NCBI RefSeq assembly: GCF_001457595.1
Contig: NZ_LN831039.1
Location: 2,490,001-2,522,000 of the forward strand
Direction: 5' to 3'
Length of the DNA stretch: 32,000 nt
DNA from: Mycolicibacterium smegmatis
GTDB taxonomy: Bacteria > Actinomycetota > Actinomycetes > Mycobacteriales > Mycobacteriaceae
A program made the translations under genes and the position numbers. Positions 1-7,892 of the stretch are shown piece after piece. Position 1 is the first letter of the stretch. Every line of letters begins with the position of its first letter. The notes under the pieces are model-generated. The model had not been told where the DNA came from and ran no database searches. It saw only the letters and a list, made by a program, of their open reading frames with translations.

Positions 1-309
1 GTGTGCGTGGTCACCCACGGCGGAATGGGGACCACGCTCAAGGCGCTGGACCGGGGTATCCCGGTGTGCGTGGTGCCGTTCGCGCGGGACCAGGCCGAGG
101 TGGCCCGTCGGGTACAGATGGCGCGGTGCGGAACACGCCTGCCCGCCAAGCATCTCAGCGCCGCGCGTCTGCGCCGGAAGGTGCGTCAGGCCATGGCGAT
201 GAGCGATGGCGCGCGACGTGTCGCCGCGGGGTTCGCCGCCACCGGCGGTGTGGTGCGCGGCGCCGATCTCATCGAGCAGCAGGTGTTTTCATCCGAGATG
301 CGGATGTGA
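1..309 (+). CDS. C-terminal fragment of a UDP-glycosyltransferase (MGT/UGT family), truncated by the window edge
   Basis: Open from base 1; HGGMGTTLKALDRGIPVCVVPFARDQAEVARRV matches the UGT C-terminal sugar-nucleotide binding signature; TGA at 307-309. Confidence 0.8.
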   Translation: MCVVTHGGMGTTLKALDRGIPVCVVPFARDQAEVARRVQMARCGTRLPAKHLSAARLRRKVRQAMAMSDGARRVAAGFAATGGVVRGADLIEQQVFSSEMRM

Positions 310-679
310 GTGCACTCGTGATGCGACGGCGCCTGGCGAACAGCAGCACCCAGGAGAGCGCGGCCGCGGTGAACGCGGCGGCCTGTGCGGCACCGGTGCG
401 GTTGGCCGGGTAGAGCACACCGTCGGCGTAGTGGTCGATGAAATCGTCCGCGGGCAGCGGCTTGAGCCCGGCCCGCACGCGTGCCCACTGCTCCAGGTGT
501 GTGAGCGGGCAGCGCAGCCGTAGCGCGACGACGAAAGCGCCCCAGATCACCGTCGGCACATGGAACGCCAGGGTGCGGGGCCAGCGCAGCGCGAGGAATC
601 CGCCGCTCGGCAGATACAACAGGTAACCGAAGTGTGCACCGACCGTGATCGCCACGAGCGCGGTGTACGCCTTCTTCAT
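269..679 (-). CDS. DUF2784-like small membrane protein
   Basis: ATG at 679, MKKAYTALVAITVGAHFGYLLYLPSGGFLALRWPRTLAFHVPTVIWG; hydrophobic segments; 3' end overlaps the convergent glycosyltransferase by 41 bp and it begins only 7 bp after the Rieske gene. Confidence 0.7.
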   Translation of the reverse strand: MKKAYTALVAITVGAHFGYLLYLPSGGFLALRWPRTLAFHVPTVIWGAFVVALRLRCPLTHLEQWARVRAGLKPLPADDFIDHYADGVLYPANRTGAAQAAAFTAAALSWVLLFARRRRITSALTSASRMKTPAAR

Positions 680-686
680 GCACCGA

Positions 687-1736
687 TTATGGGCCCTGTC
701 CGGTGGTGCGGCGGTGATCTCGCTGGTGATGCCGAATCTGATACCGCCGCTCCGCGTACACCAGGTCGTCACGCCACAAGCGGTTCGCGGCATGCCGCAT
801 CAGCGGCGTGATCAAGGCCGCGGCGCGTCGAGCGTGACGGAAACCGGCCCGATCCGATTGCGCGACGACGGCTTCCACCACGGCGGTGCGGGGGCGTCCG
901 TCTGTGCCGGGTCCGAGCGGCGTGGCGTGCGTCTCGACGATGCTCCCGGCGCCTTCGCCGTCGACGATCCGCATCACGATGGTGCGGGCACTCGGACACG
1001 TGAACTCGGCGACCACCGGCACACCCAGCCGACCGAGGCGGAACGTCACCGACAGCAGGAACCGGTCGTCCTCCTCGGTCGGGGTGCTCAGCACCTCCAG
1101 GCGGGTGAACGAGTACGGGTGGAACCAGTTGCCGTGCCACGGGTCGAGTCGGTTGGCGATGATGTCACTCGGTTCGCACACACCCACCAGACGGGTGAGG
1201 GCATGCAACGTCTCGCCCGCCGGACGGGTCGGCACCACCGGGACAGTCAGGGGGTCCTCTCCGCCGAGTTCGTCGAGGCGCACCCACGCCAGCACGCCGT
1301 CGTCGTGGCTCGGCAACGGTGCCCAACCGAATTCGCAGGTTTTCCCGGTGAGCGGCAGGCCGTGCCACCGGCAGATCAGCGAACCGTCGTCGACCACCCC
1401 GGTGGCCAGATCGGCACCCAGGTGCGGACAGCTGCGCGGCCCCACCCGCAGGTGGCCTTGCCGGTCGCGCCACGCGACGACCTCGATCCCGCCGATCGTC
1501 GTGCCGAAGGGGCGGTCGGCGCGGATCTCGCGGTTGGCGCCGAGCACGTACCAGTTGCCCGTCGGGCGACGTTGCGAGCGGCGCAGGGCCGCCTCGATGA
1601 TCGCGGGTTTGGCCTCGCCGTAGGTGGGCCGTTGCTCGGACCAGCGCGGTGATGAAATGAGTTGCAACGGCCAGTCCTTGGGCCACCGATCACCGATCTT
1701 CAACTCGCCCTCCGCTCTTCGCGCGTGGCCAGCCAT
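687..1736 (-). CDS. Rieske [2Fe-2S] domain protein (DUF5914-type) of the carotenoid cluster
   Basis: Canonical Rieske motifs CPH...CRWH in SCPHLGADLATGVVDDGSLICRWHGLPL; ATG at 1736 lies inside the 3' end of the upstream crtU-like gene. Confidence 0.8.
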   Translation of the reverse strand: MAGHARRAEGELKIGDRWPKDWPLQLISSPRWSEQRPTYGEAKPAIIEAALRRSQRRPTGNWYVLGANREIRADRPFGTTIGGIEVVAWRDRQGHLRVGPRSCPHLGADLATGVVDDGSLICRWHGLPLTGKTCEFGWAPLPSHDDGVLAWVRLDELGGEDPLTVPVVPTRPAGETLHALTRLVGVCEPSDIIANRLDPWHGNWFHPYSFTRLEVLSTPTEEDDRFLLSVTFRLGRLGVPVVAEFTCPSARTIVMRIVDGEGAGSIVETHATPLGPGTDGRPRTAVVEAVVAQSDRAGFRHARRAAALITPLMRHAANRLWRDDLVYAERRYQIRHHQRDHRRTTGQGP

Positions 1737-3229
1737 CTCAGCGGCGCGAACCGGCCTGCGGTCGGGACGGACCTCAGCGCGTGGCCGGCCACACCCCACC
1801 GGTTGAGCAGCACGTTGGCCGCGGCCCAGCCGGTGGTGGCCGCGCGTTCCATCAGCGCCGCGGGCAGATCGAGGCGGATGCCGTCGCCAGCGAGAACGAG
1901 CCCCGGTACGCCCGTGACGACGCCAGGACGGTCGGCATGGGAGCCCGGTGCGAACAGCGGGCAGTCGTCGCGCACCAGGACACGTTCGAAAACCGGTTCG
2001 GCCGTTGCTGTCTCGGGGTAGAGCCGGTGCAGCTGCGCGAGCGCTCCGGGGCCGCTCTCGGCGGTGTCCAGGGCGTAGGCATGCAACTCCACCACGGATC
2101 CACCGTTGTCCCTTGCCCATTGGGCGCTCTGGCGCTCGTAGCGCTCGAGCACGCTGATGTTGTCCAGCGGTTTGTGCCCTGCCGTTCCCATGAACGCCGG
2201 ACGGTCCGCCGTGACGGGACGGTCGAGCCACAACCTGTGCACGGCGAACGGTGGTGCGGTGCGCAGACCCTGGACCCGCGCCCGCCAGCGGTCGTCGCCG
2301 AGACCGGGCGAGGACGCGACGATCCGCTGCAGTCCGGCGATGTCCGCCGCGAGCACCACGGCGTCCGCGTCGAGGCGTTCACCGGAATCGGTGTGCACCG
2401 CGAACGCGTCGGGCGATGTCGTGACGGGGTCGATGCGGGTGACGGATGCCCCGAGGTGGAAACGCACGCCGTGCTCGTGCAGATACCGTCGCAGCGGTTC
2501 CCACAGCGCGGTGTCGTAGTTGGAAGTGGGCACATCGAACACGAGTCCCTCGCTGGATCCGAGGAAGTAGATGTGGAACATCGTGGCCAGCTCGGCCGCC
2601 GACAGGTTCGACGGGTCGGCGAAGAAGCTGCGCGAGAACACCTCGAACGCCAGATGCCGTGCGGCCGGGGGGAAGTTGATGTCCTTGAGGAACGTCTCGG
2701 CATCGATGTGGTCGAGGCGGTCGTAGATTCCCGGCACCGAGACCGCGGCGAGCGGTGCGGCCGCCTTGGCGTCGAGCCGCATGAGGTCACGCAGCCGGAA
2801 CGTGGGGCTGCGCAACGCGAACCACAGCGCGTTCCACGGCGGGGTGTGCGGTAGCCGGCGGAAACTCTCACGGCGGCCTTCGCCGTCGATGAGGGGGTAG
2901 TCCTCGACCGGGGTCAGCATGCGCAACTGCGGGTCGACGCGCGCCAACAGCGCGCGCAGGTTGTAGTACTGCCGGAAGAACGCGTGGAAACCGCGGTTCA
3001 TCGCGTACTCGGCGCCGTCGTGCTGCTCGGACCAGCCGCCGACGCGTCCGCCCAGATAGTTTTCGCGTTCGATGACGGTCACCTCGACGCCGCGCTCGGC
3101 CATGCCGGTGGCCGCGGCGAGCCCGGCGATACCCGCACCGACGACCACGACCCGCGGACGCCTCGGCAGTTTGCCGGCGTGGGGGAGCCCGCGGGGTGCC
3201 GTGTGAGTGCGCTGCAGTCGGTCGGTCAT
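1700..3229 (-). CDS. crtU: FAD-dependent carotenoid desaturase/methylase, CrtU-like (isorenieratene-synthase type)
   Basis: N-terminal dinucleotide-binding motif VVVVGAGIAGLAAATGMAERGVEVTVIERENYLGGRVGG and carotene desaturase-like architecture; context next to lycopene cyclase subunits. Confidence 0.75.
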   Translation of the reverse strand: MTDRLQRTHTAPRGLPHAGKLPRRPRVVVVGAGIAGLAAATGMAERGVEVTVIERENYLGGRVGGWSEQHDGAEYAMNRGFHAFFRQYYNLRALLARVDPQLRMLTPVEDYPLIDGEGRRESFRRLPHTPPWNALWFALRSPTFRLRDLMRLDAKAAAPLAAVSVPGIYDRLDHIDAETFLKDINFPPAARHLAFEVFSRSFFADPSNLSAAELATMFHIYFLGSSEGLVFDVPTSNYDTALWEPLRRYLHEHGVRFHLGASVTRIDPVTTSPDAFAVHTDSGERLDADAVVLAADIAGLQRIVASSPGLGDDRWRARVQGLRTAPPFAVHRLWLDRPVTADRPAFMGTAGHKPLDNISVLERYERQSAQWARDNGGSVVELHAYALDTAESGPGALAQLHRLYPETATAEPVFERVLVRDDCPLFAPGSHADRPGVVTGVPGLVLAGDGIRLDLPAALMERAATTGWAAANVLLNRWGVAGHALRSVPTAGRFAPLRWLATREERRAS

Positions 3230-3573
3230 CGCGACACCTCCTCGCGCTCGGGCACGTGCCCGCGTTCGGTGGGCACGCGCCGCCGTTCCCACAGCAGCAG
3301 CACGGCGGTGATCATCGCGAAGCCGAACAGGAAATCCTCGATGGGCGTATCGAAGAACACGCGCACACCGCTGGTGTGCTGCTCGTCGTAGATGACGATC
3401 GGTGCGGAGAGTTTGGTCAGCCAGCCGTCCACCGGAATCTGGAAGCCCAGCACGATCAGCATCGACAACCAGTAGGCCGGTCGCCGGAACAACCCTGTGC
3501 GCAAGAGCAATTCGAGCCCGCACACCGCGATCACGGCCAGGACCGCGGGCAGGGTGTATCCCAGACCGGTCAT
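3226..3573 (-). CDS. Lycopene cyclase subunit, small CrtYd-like
   Basis: MTGLGYTLPAVLAV..., PIEDFLFGF motif, transmembrane; overlaps the next gene by 4 nt. Confidence 0.8.
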   Translation of the reverse strand: MTGLGYTLPAVLAVIAVCGLELLLRTGLFRRPAYWLSMLIVLGFQIPVDGWLTKLSAPIVIYDEQHTSGVRVFFDTPIEDFLFGFAMITAVLLLWERRRVPTERGHVPEREEVSR

Positions 3574-3893
3574 CTGCGCCTCACCCGTTCCAGGATGGTG
3601 CTCACCGCGTTGTAGGTCAGCAGCGCGCACAACGGGATCACGAGGAAGAACAGCACCTCCTCGATCGGCACGTCGAACGGGATGGTCAGCCCGGTGATGT
3701 AGTCCGGGTTGTAACCCCACACGTCGAACGCCACCGCGATCTCGTCCCACAGCAGGAACACCGCGGCGACCGGTAACACGGCCTGTAACACGCGTCGCGG
3801 TTGCCGGTACACGCCGTCACCGAGGCACTCCAACGGAGCCGTGATCGCCACGCACGCCGCGAGAACCAGGAGGTACTGCCAGTTCTCGCTCAT
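3570..3893 (-). CDS. Lycopene cyclase subunit, small CrtYc-like
   Basis: MSENWQYLLVLAACVAITAPLECLGDGVYRQPRR..., PIEEVLFF motif; 4-nt overlap on both sides. Confidence 0.8.
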   Translation of the reverse strand: MSENWQYLLVLAACVAITAPLECLGDGVYRQPRRVLQAVLPVAAVFLLWDEIAVAFDVWGYNPDYITGLTIPFDVPIEEVLFFLVIPLCALLTYNAVSTILERVRRR

Positions 3894-4837
3894 GCGGCTC
3901 CCGGTACGGCGGCAGCGTGTGAGCGGGCACGCCACGCGTGGATCAGGCCCGCGCCGGCCACCTGGATGCGGCGGCGGGTGCCCACGGTGGCGCGGCGACG
4001 GAAGATCGCGAAGTCGCTTTCCTCGATGCAGTCGAGGATCTCGGAGTACAGCTGCATGGCGGTGGCCACGCATGGGCGGGACCGGGGTGCCAGCATCGCG
4101 ATGCCCTCGGCTGCGTATCTGTAGGTCCGGCGGGCGATCTCGTGCTGGGCCTGAAGTGCCTTGCGGACGCGTGAATCGGTGTGCTGGTTGTGGTGGCACC
4201 ACATCAACAGGTCGCGGTCGACACCGTGGACCGCGAGTTCGTCGGCGGGCAGGTACACGCGGTCGCGCAGCAGGTCCTCGTCTACGTCGCGCAGGAAGTT
4301 GGTGAGCTGGAATGCCCGGCCGAGCGCCGCGGCGTGCGGCGCGGCTTCCTCGGGTGCGGTGACGGTGCCGAGGATCGGCAGCAATTGCAGCCCGATGGCC
4401 TCGGCCGAGCCCCGCATGTACTCCTCGAGCGCGGCGCGGTCGGCGTAGTCCGTCACGGACAGATCCATGCGCATCGACCGCAGGAAATCCTCGAACAGTT
4501 CGGCGGCGATGCCATAGCGCGCCACGGTGTGGCCGACCGCGGTCAGCACCGGATCACCGGGATGCTCTGCGCGGGCGAAGAACTGGTCGGCGAGCAACTG
4601 CAACTGCCGGGCCCGTGCCGCGGTGTCCAGGGTCGGATCGAACTCGTCGAGAATGTCGTCGGCGTAGCGCGCGAACCCGTACAGCGCGTGCACCGCGGGG
4701 CGTTGGTCCGGTGCCAGCAGGCGGGTGGCGAGGAAGAACGTGCGCCCGTGCGCGGCGTTGATCTCGCGGCAGCGGCGGTACGCCTCACGCAACATCGGGT
4801 CGTCGATGCCTGCTGCGGCGAATTCGTTGCGGATCAT
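3890..4837 (-). CDS. crtB: Phytoene synthase
   Basis: Squalene/phytoene synthase features: HGRTFFLATRLL, GFARYADDILDEFD, TNFLRDVDEDLLRDRVYLP. Confidence 0.95.
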   Translation of the reverse strand: MIRNEFAAAGIDDPMLREAYRRCREINAAHGRTFFLATRLLAPDQRPAVHALYGFARYADDILDEFDPTLDTAARARQLQLLADQFFARAEHPGDPVLTAVGHTVARYGIAAELFEDFLRSMRMDLSVTDYADRAALEEYMRGSAEAIGLQLLPILGTVTAPEEAAPHAAALGRAFQLTNFLRDVDEDLLRDRVYLPADELAVHGVDRDLLMWCHHNQHTDSRVRKALQAQHEIARRTYRYAAEGIAMLAPRSRPCVATAMQLYSEILDCIEESDFAIFRRRATVGTRRRIQVAGAGLIHAWRARSHAAAVPGAA

Positions 4838-6387
4838 GGCATTCGTGCTTTCCGGTCGGCGGTGGCTGCGGTGACGGAGTTGAGGTCGTGGTGGGTGCGG
4901 GTGCGCCGCACGGTGCCGGTGACCCGGTCGGCGGCCAGGCGGCCGGACAGCAGTGCGGTCGGCACGCCGACGCCGGGAACCGTCGAGGATCCGGCCAGCA
5001 CGGCGTTGGCGACGCCGCGCACCGTGTTGCCCGGGCGGAACGGTCCGGTCTGGCTGAACGTGTGCGCCAACGCGAAGGGTGTGCCCGCCACCATGCCCTG
5101 GCGCGCCCAGTCGGCGGGCGTGACGACCTGCAGCACGTGGGCGTCGTCGCGCAACTCCGGCAGCATCCGCTCGGCCACGGTGTCGACGACCCTCTGGGCG
5201 TACGCGGGGCCTTCGGTTTCCCAGTCGATCGCGGTGGACGACAGGTTGGGCGTGGGCGCGAGCAGGTAGAGCAGATCGCGGCCCGCCGGGGCGAGCGCGG
5301 GATCGCCCGCGGTGGGGCGGGTGACCAGCAGCGACGGATCGCGCATCAGGCGGCCGTCGTCGATGATGTCGGTGAAGGTGTCGTGCCACGCGTCGCCGAA
5401 CAGGATGTTGTGGTGTGCGACGGGCCGGTCGATCCGGCGGCAGCCGACATGGACGACGACAGCCGACGGTGAGGCGCGCCAGGGCCGAGGGCGCCGGGGC
5501 GTGCGGCCCAGCAGTTCGTAGGTGCGGGGTAGTTCGGTGGTCAGCACCACCGCGTCGCACGGGATGCGTTCGCCGGTGTCGGTGTGCACCGCGGTGACGC
5601 GGTCTGCCGAGCGTTCGAGGCAGTTGACGGTGGCGCCGTAGTGGAATCGCACCCCGGCGTCGGCGCCCGCGGCGGCCAGCGCGTCGGGAACCGCGCGCAC
5701 GCCACCCTTCGGGAAGAAGACCCCGGAGATGGTGTCCATGTAGGCGATCACCGCGTAGGCCGCCAGGGCGCGTTGCGGGGAGACACCGGCGTAGAGCGAC
5801 TGGAACGTGAAGACGCGCTGCAGCCGGGGGTCGCGTAGGTGGCGTCTGACCATGTGGTCCCACTTGCCGAACCCGCCGATCGCCGCGAGTTGCGCGAGCT
5901 GGGGCGTCAGCAGCGAAAGCGGTGAGTCGAAGTTGGCGCCGATGAAGCCGTCGATCTCGATGCGGTACAGCCGGGTCAGCCAATCGCGCAGCCTCCGGTA
6001 GCCCGCGGCCTCGCTCGGCCCCGCGAGATCCGCGATCGCCGCGGCCATGCGGTCGGCGTCGCTGTGGACCTCCAGCGCACTGCCGTCGGCGAACTGTGCG
6101 CGGTATGCCGGGTCGACCGGGAGCAACTGCAGGCGGTCGCCCACCGACTCGCCGACCGCGGCAAACACGTCGTCGAGGATGTCCGGCATCGTCAGCACGG
6201 TTGGCCCGGTGTCGATCCGGTAACCGCCGGTATCGATGCGGCCTGCCCGCCCGCCCGGCCAGGGTTCGCGCTCGACGACGGTGACGCGGCGGCCGCGTCC
6301 GGCGAGGTGAAGCGCCGCGGACAGGCCCGACAGACCGGCGCCCACCACCACGACGTGGTCGGTCGGTCCCGGGATCGCGCGGCTCAT
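4834..6387 (-). CDS. crtI: Phytoene desaturase
   Basis: VVVVGAGLSGLSAALHLAGRGRRVTVVEREPWPGGRAGR, GVRAVPDALAAAGADAGVRF, C-terminal GTSTVPGVGVPTALLSGRLAADR-like stretch; ATG at 6387. Confidence 0.93.
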   Translation of the reverse strand: MSRAIPGPTDHVVVVGAGLSGLSAALHLAGRGRRVTVVEREPWPGGRAGRIDTGGYRIDTGPTVLTMPDILDDVFAAVGESVGDRLQLLPVDPAYRAQFADGSALEVHSDADRMAAAIADLAGPSEAAGYRRLRDWLTRLYRIEIDGFIGANFDSPLSLLTPQLAQLAAIGGFGKWDHMVRRHLRDPRLQRVFTFQSLYAGVSPQRALAAYAVIAYMDTISGVFFPKGGVRAVPDALAAAGADAGVRFHYGATVNCLERSADRVTAVHTDTGERIPCDAVVLTTELPRTYELLGRTPRRPRPWRASPSAVVVHVGCRRIDRPVAHHNILFGDAWHDTFTDIIDDGRLMRDPSLLVTRPTAGDPALAPAGRDLLYLLAPTPNLSSTAIDWETEGPAYAQRVVDTVAERMLPELRDDAHVLQVVTPADWARQGMVAGTPFALAHTFSQTGPFRPGNTVRGVANAVLAGSSTVPGVGVPTALLSGRLAADRVTGTVRRTRTHHDLNSVTAATADRKARMP

Positions 6388-6412
6388 CGGGCCGCCCGGC
6401 AAAGCACGAAAG

Positions 6413-6433
6413 CGCCGGCGGACACCGCCGGCG
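6413..6433 (-). repeat. Perfect 9-bp inverted repeat in the predicted crtI 5' leader
   Basis: CGCCGGCGG-ACA-CCGCCGGCG; no U tract follows on the minus strand. Confidence 0.7.
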
Positions 6434-6485
6434 AGGTCGGTATCTCGCTCACATACGCCCCTTCCGGGCTTGGCATGCTCGCGAG

Positions 6486-6511
6486 ATACCCGCAGGCGGC
6501 GGGCTACAAAC
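6486..6511 (-). promoter_or_regulatory. Predicted SigF-type promoter of the crt operon
   Basis: Minus strand reads GTTT-N16-GGGTAT (GTTTGTAGCCCGCCGCCTGCGGGTAT), agreeing with the mycobacterial SigF consensus (GTTT, 15-17 nt, GGGTAT). Confidence 0.85.
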
Positions 6512-6519
6512 GTCCGGTC

Positions 6520-7761
6520 TTACCGGTCGGGCAGCGCGTGTTCGACGATCGGGCGCCGGGGCAGCGGTTCACGTTCGCGACGCTTGGCCGCGAGATACAC
6601 CTGCGCGGTCTCGTCGGCCACGGTGTGCCAGTCGAAATCGGAGGTGAGGCGTTCGCGTGCGGCGACCGCGCGGCGCTGCGCGGCGTCGGGGTCGTCGAGG
6701 ACGGCGCGGACCGCGGCCGCCAGGCCCGCCACATCGCGCGGCGCGAACGACATTCCGGTCTCGCCGTCGATCACGGCCTCGCCGAGACCGCCCGCGGTGG
6801 ACGTCACCAGCGGCGTGCCGGTCGCGGCGGCTTCCAGTGCCACGATGCCGAACGGTTCGTAGTGGCTGGGCAGCACCGCGGCGTCCGCGGCCTGGAGTGC
6901 CTCCACGAGTCCGTCGTGATCGAGACGGCCGACGAAACGGGTTGCCTTGAGCACCTTGTGCTTTCGTGCCTGCTCGACGAGCCAGTCCTGTTGCGTGCCG
7001 TCGCCGGCGATGGTCAGCGTCGTACCGGGATGCGCACGGCGGATGCGCGGCAGCGCCGCGATCGCGTCCTGGATGCCCTTCTCGTACTCCAGCCGGCCGA
7101 CGTAGAGCAACCGGGGCGGACCCGTGCGGGGACACCTGCGCGCGAACGGCCACAACTGTGCGTCGATCCCGTTGCGGATCACCCGGATCTCCGACAGTCC
7201 CGGGCCGAACAGTTCGGTGATCTCGTCGCTCATCGAGGTCGAACACGTGATCAGCGAGTCCGATTCGCGCACCAGCCAGGATTCGATCGCGTGCACCTGG
7301 CGGCTGATCGGCCCCGACACCCAGCCCGAGTGCCTGCCGGCCTCGGTGGCGTGGATCGTGGAAACCAGTGGCACATCGAAGAATTCGGCGAGCGCGATGG
7401 CGGGATGGGCCACCAGCCAGTCGTGCGCGTGCACCAGATCGGGCACCCACGGATTGCCCGCGGAATCCCGCACCTTCAAACCGGTGCGGATCATGGCGTG
7501 GCCCATCGCCAGTGTCCACGCCATCATGTCGGTGCCGAACTCGAACTCGTGGGGATCTTGGGCGGCCGCGACGACGCGCACGCCTTCACGCACCTCGTCG
7601 GTCGACGGGTGCGTACTGGGATCGGTGCCCGACGGCTGACGGCTGAGCACCACGATCTCGTGGCCCGCGGCGGCGAGCGCCGTGGCCAGGTGGTGCACAT
7701 GGCGGCCGAGCCCGCCGACCACCACGGGCGGGTATTCCCACGACACCATCAGGATTTTCAC
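6520..7761 (-). CDS. GT4-family glycosyltransferase (glycogen-synthase-like; resembles Mtb Rv3032 alpha-glucosyltransferase)
   Basis: MKILMVSWEYPPVVVGGLGRHVHHLATALAAAGHEIVVLSR; LLYVGRLEYEKGIQDAI; PSHYEPFGIVALEA E-x7-E motif; GTG start at 7761. Confidence 0.92.
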   Translation of the reverse strand: MKILMVSWEYPPVVVGGLGRHVHHLATALAAAGHEIVVLSRQPSGTDPSTHPSTDEVREGVRVVAAAQDPHEFEFGTDMMAWTLAMGHAMIRTGLKVRDSAGNPWVPDLVHAHDWLVAHPAIALAEFFDVPLVSTIHATEAGRHSGWVSGPISRQVHAIESWLVRESDSLITCSTSMSDEITELFGPGLSEIRVIRNGIDAQLWPFARRCPRTGPPRLLYVGRLEYEKGIQDAIAALPRIRRAHPGTTLTIAGDGTQQDWLVEQARKHKVLKATRFVGRLDHDGLVEALQAADAAVLPSHYEPFGIVALEAAATGTPLVTSTAGGLGEAVIDGETGMSFAPRDVAGLAAAVRAVLDDPDAAQRRAVAARERLTSDFDWHTVADETAQVYLAAKRREREPLPRRPIVEHALPDR

Positions 7762-7892
7762 GGCTGAGCGCTTTCGTGACGGGGCGAGCGTGCGCAGAAT
7801 GCTGCTGATCGACGGCGTGTCGCGGGGCAGCCACGCACGCTCGCGCAGTTGAGGAGGAGGGGAGCAGCAGCAGCAGTGGGGGTGGGGGTCAT
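7758..7892 (-). CDS. Candidate small ORF (44 aa) between the GH57 and GT4 genes
   Basis: MTPTPTAAAAPLLLNCASVRGCPATRRRSAAFCARSPRHESAQP; ATG overlaps the GH57 stop (ATGA) and its TGA overlaps the GT4 start (GTGA). Confidence 0.45.
   Translation of the reverse strand: MTPTPTAAAAPLLLNCASVRGCPATRRRSAAFCARSPRHESAQP

Noticed and set aside
6064-7767. 567-aa plus-strand ORF antisense to crtI and the GT4 gene
   Set aside because: Its length comes from GC codon bias; it spans two conserved minus-strand genes and the predicted SigF promoter, and has no motif.
7850-7888. GAGGAGGAGGGGAGCAGCAGCAGCAG purine-rich/trinucleotide run considered as a plus-strand RBS or microsatellite
   Set aside because: No credible plus-strand ORF follows, and the trinucleotide run is only about four imperfect units inside the small minus-strand ORF.
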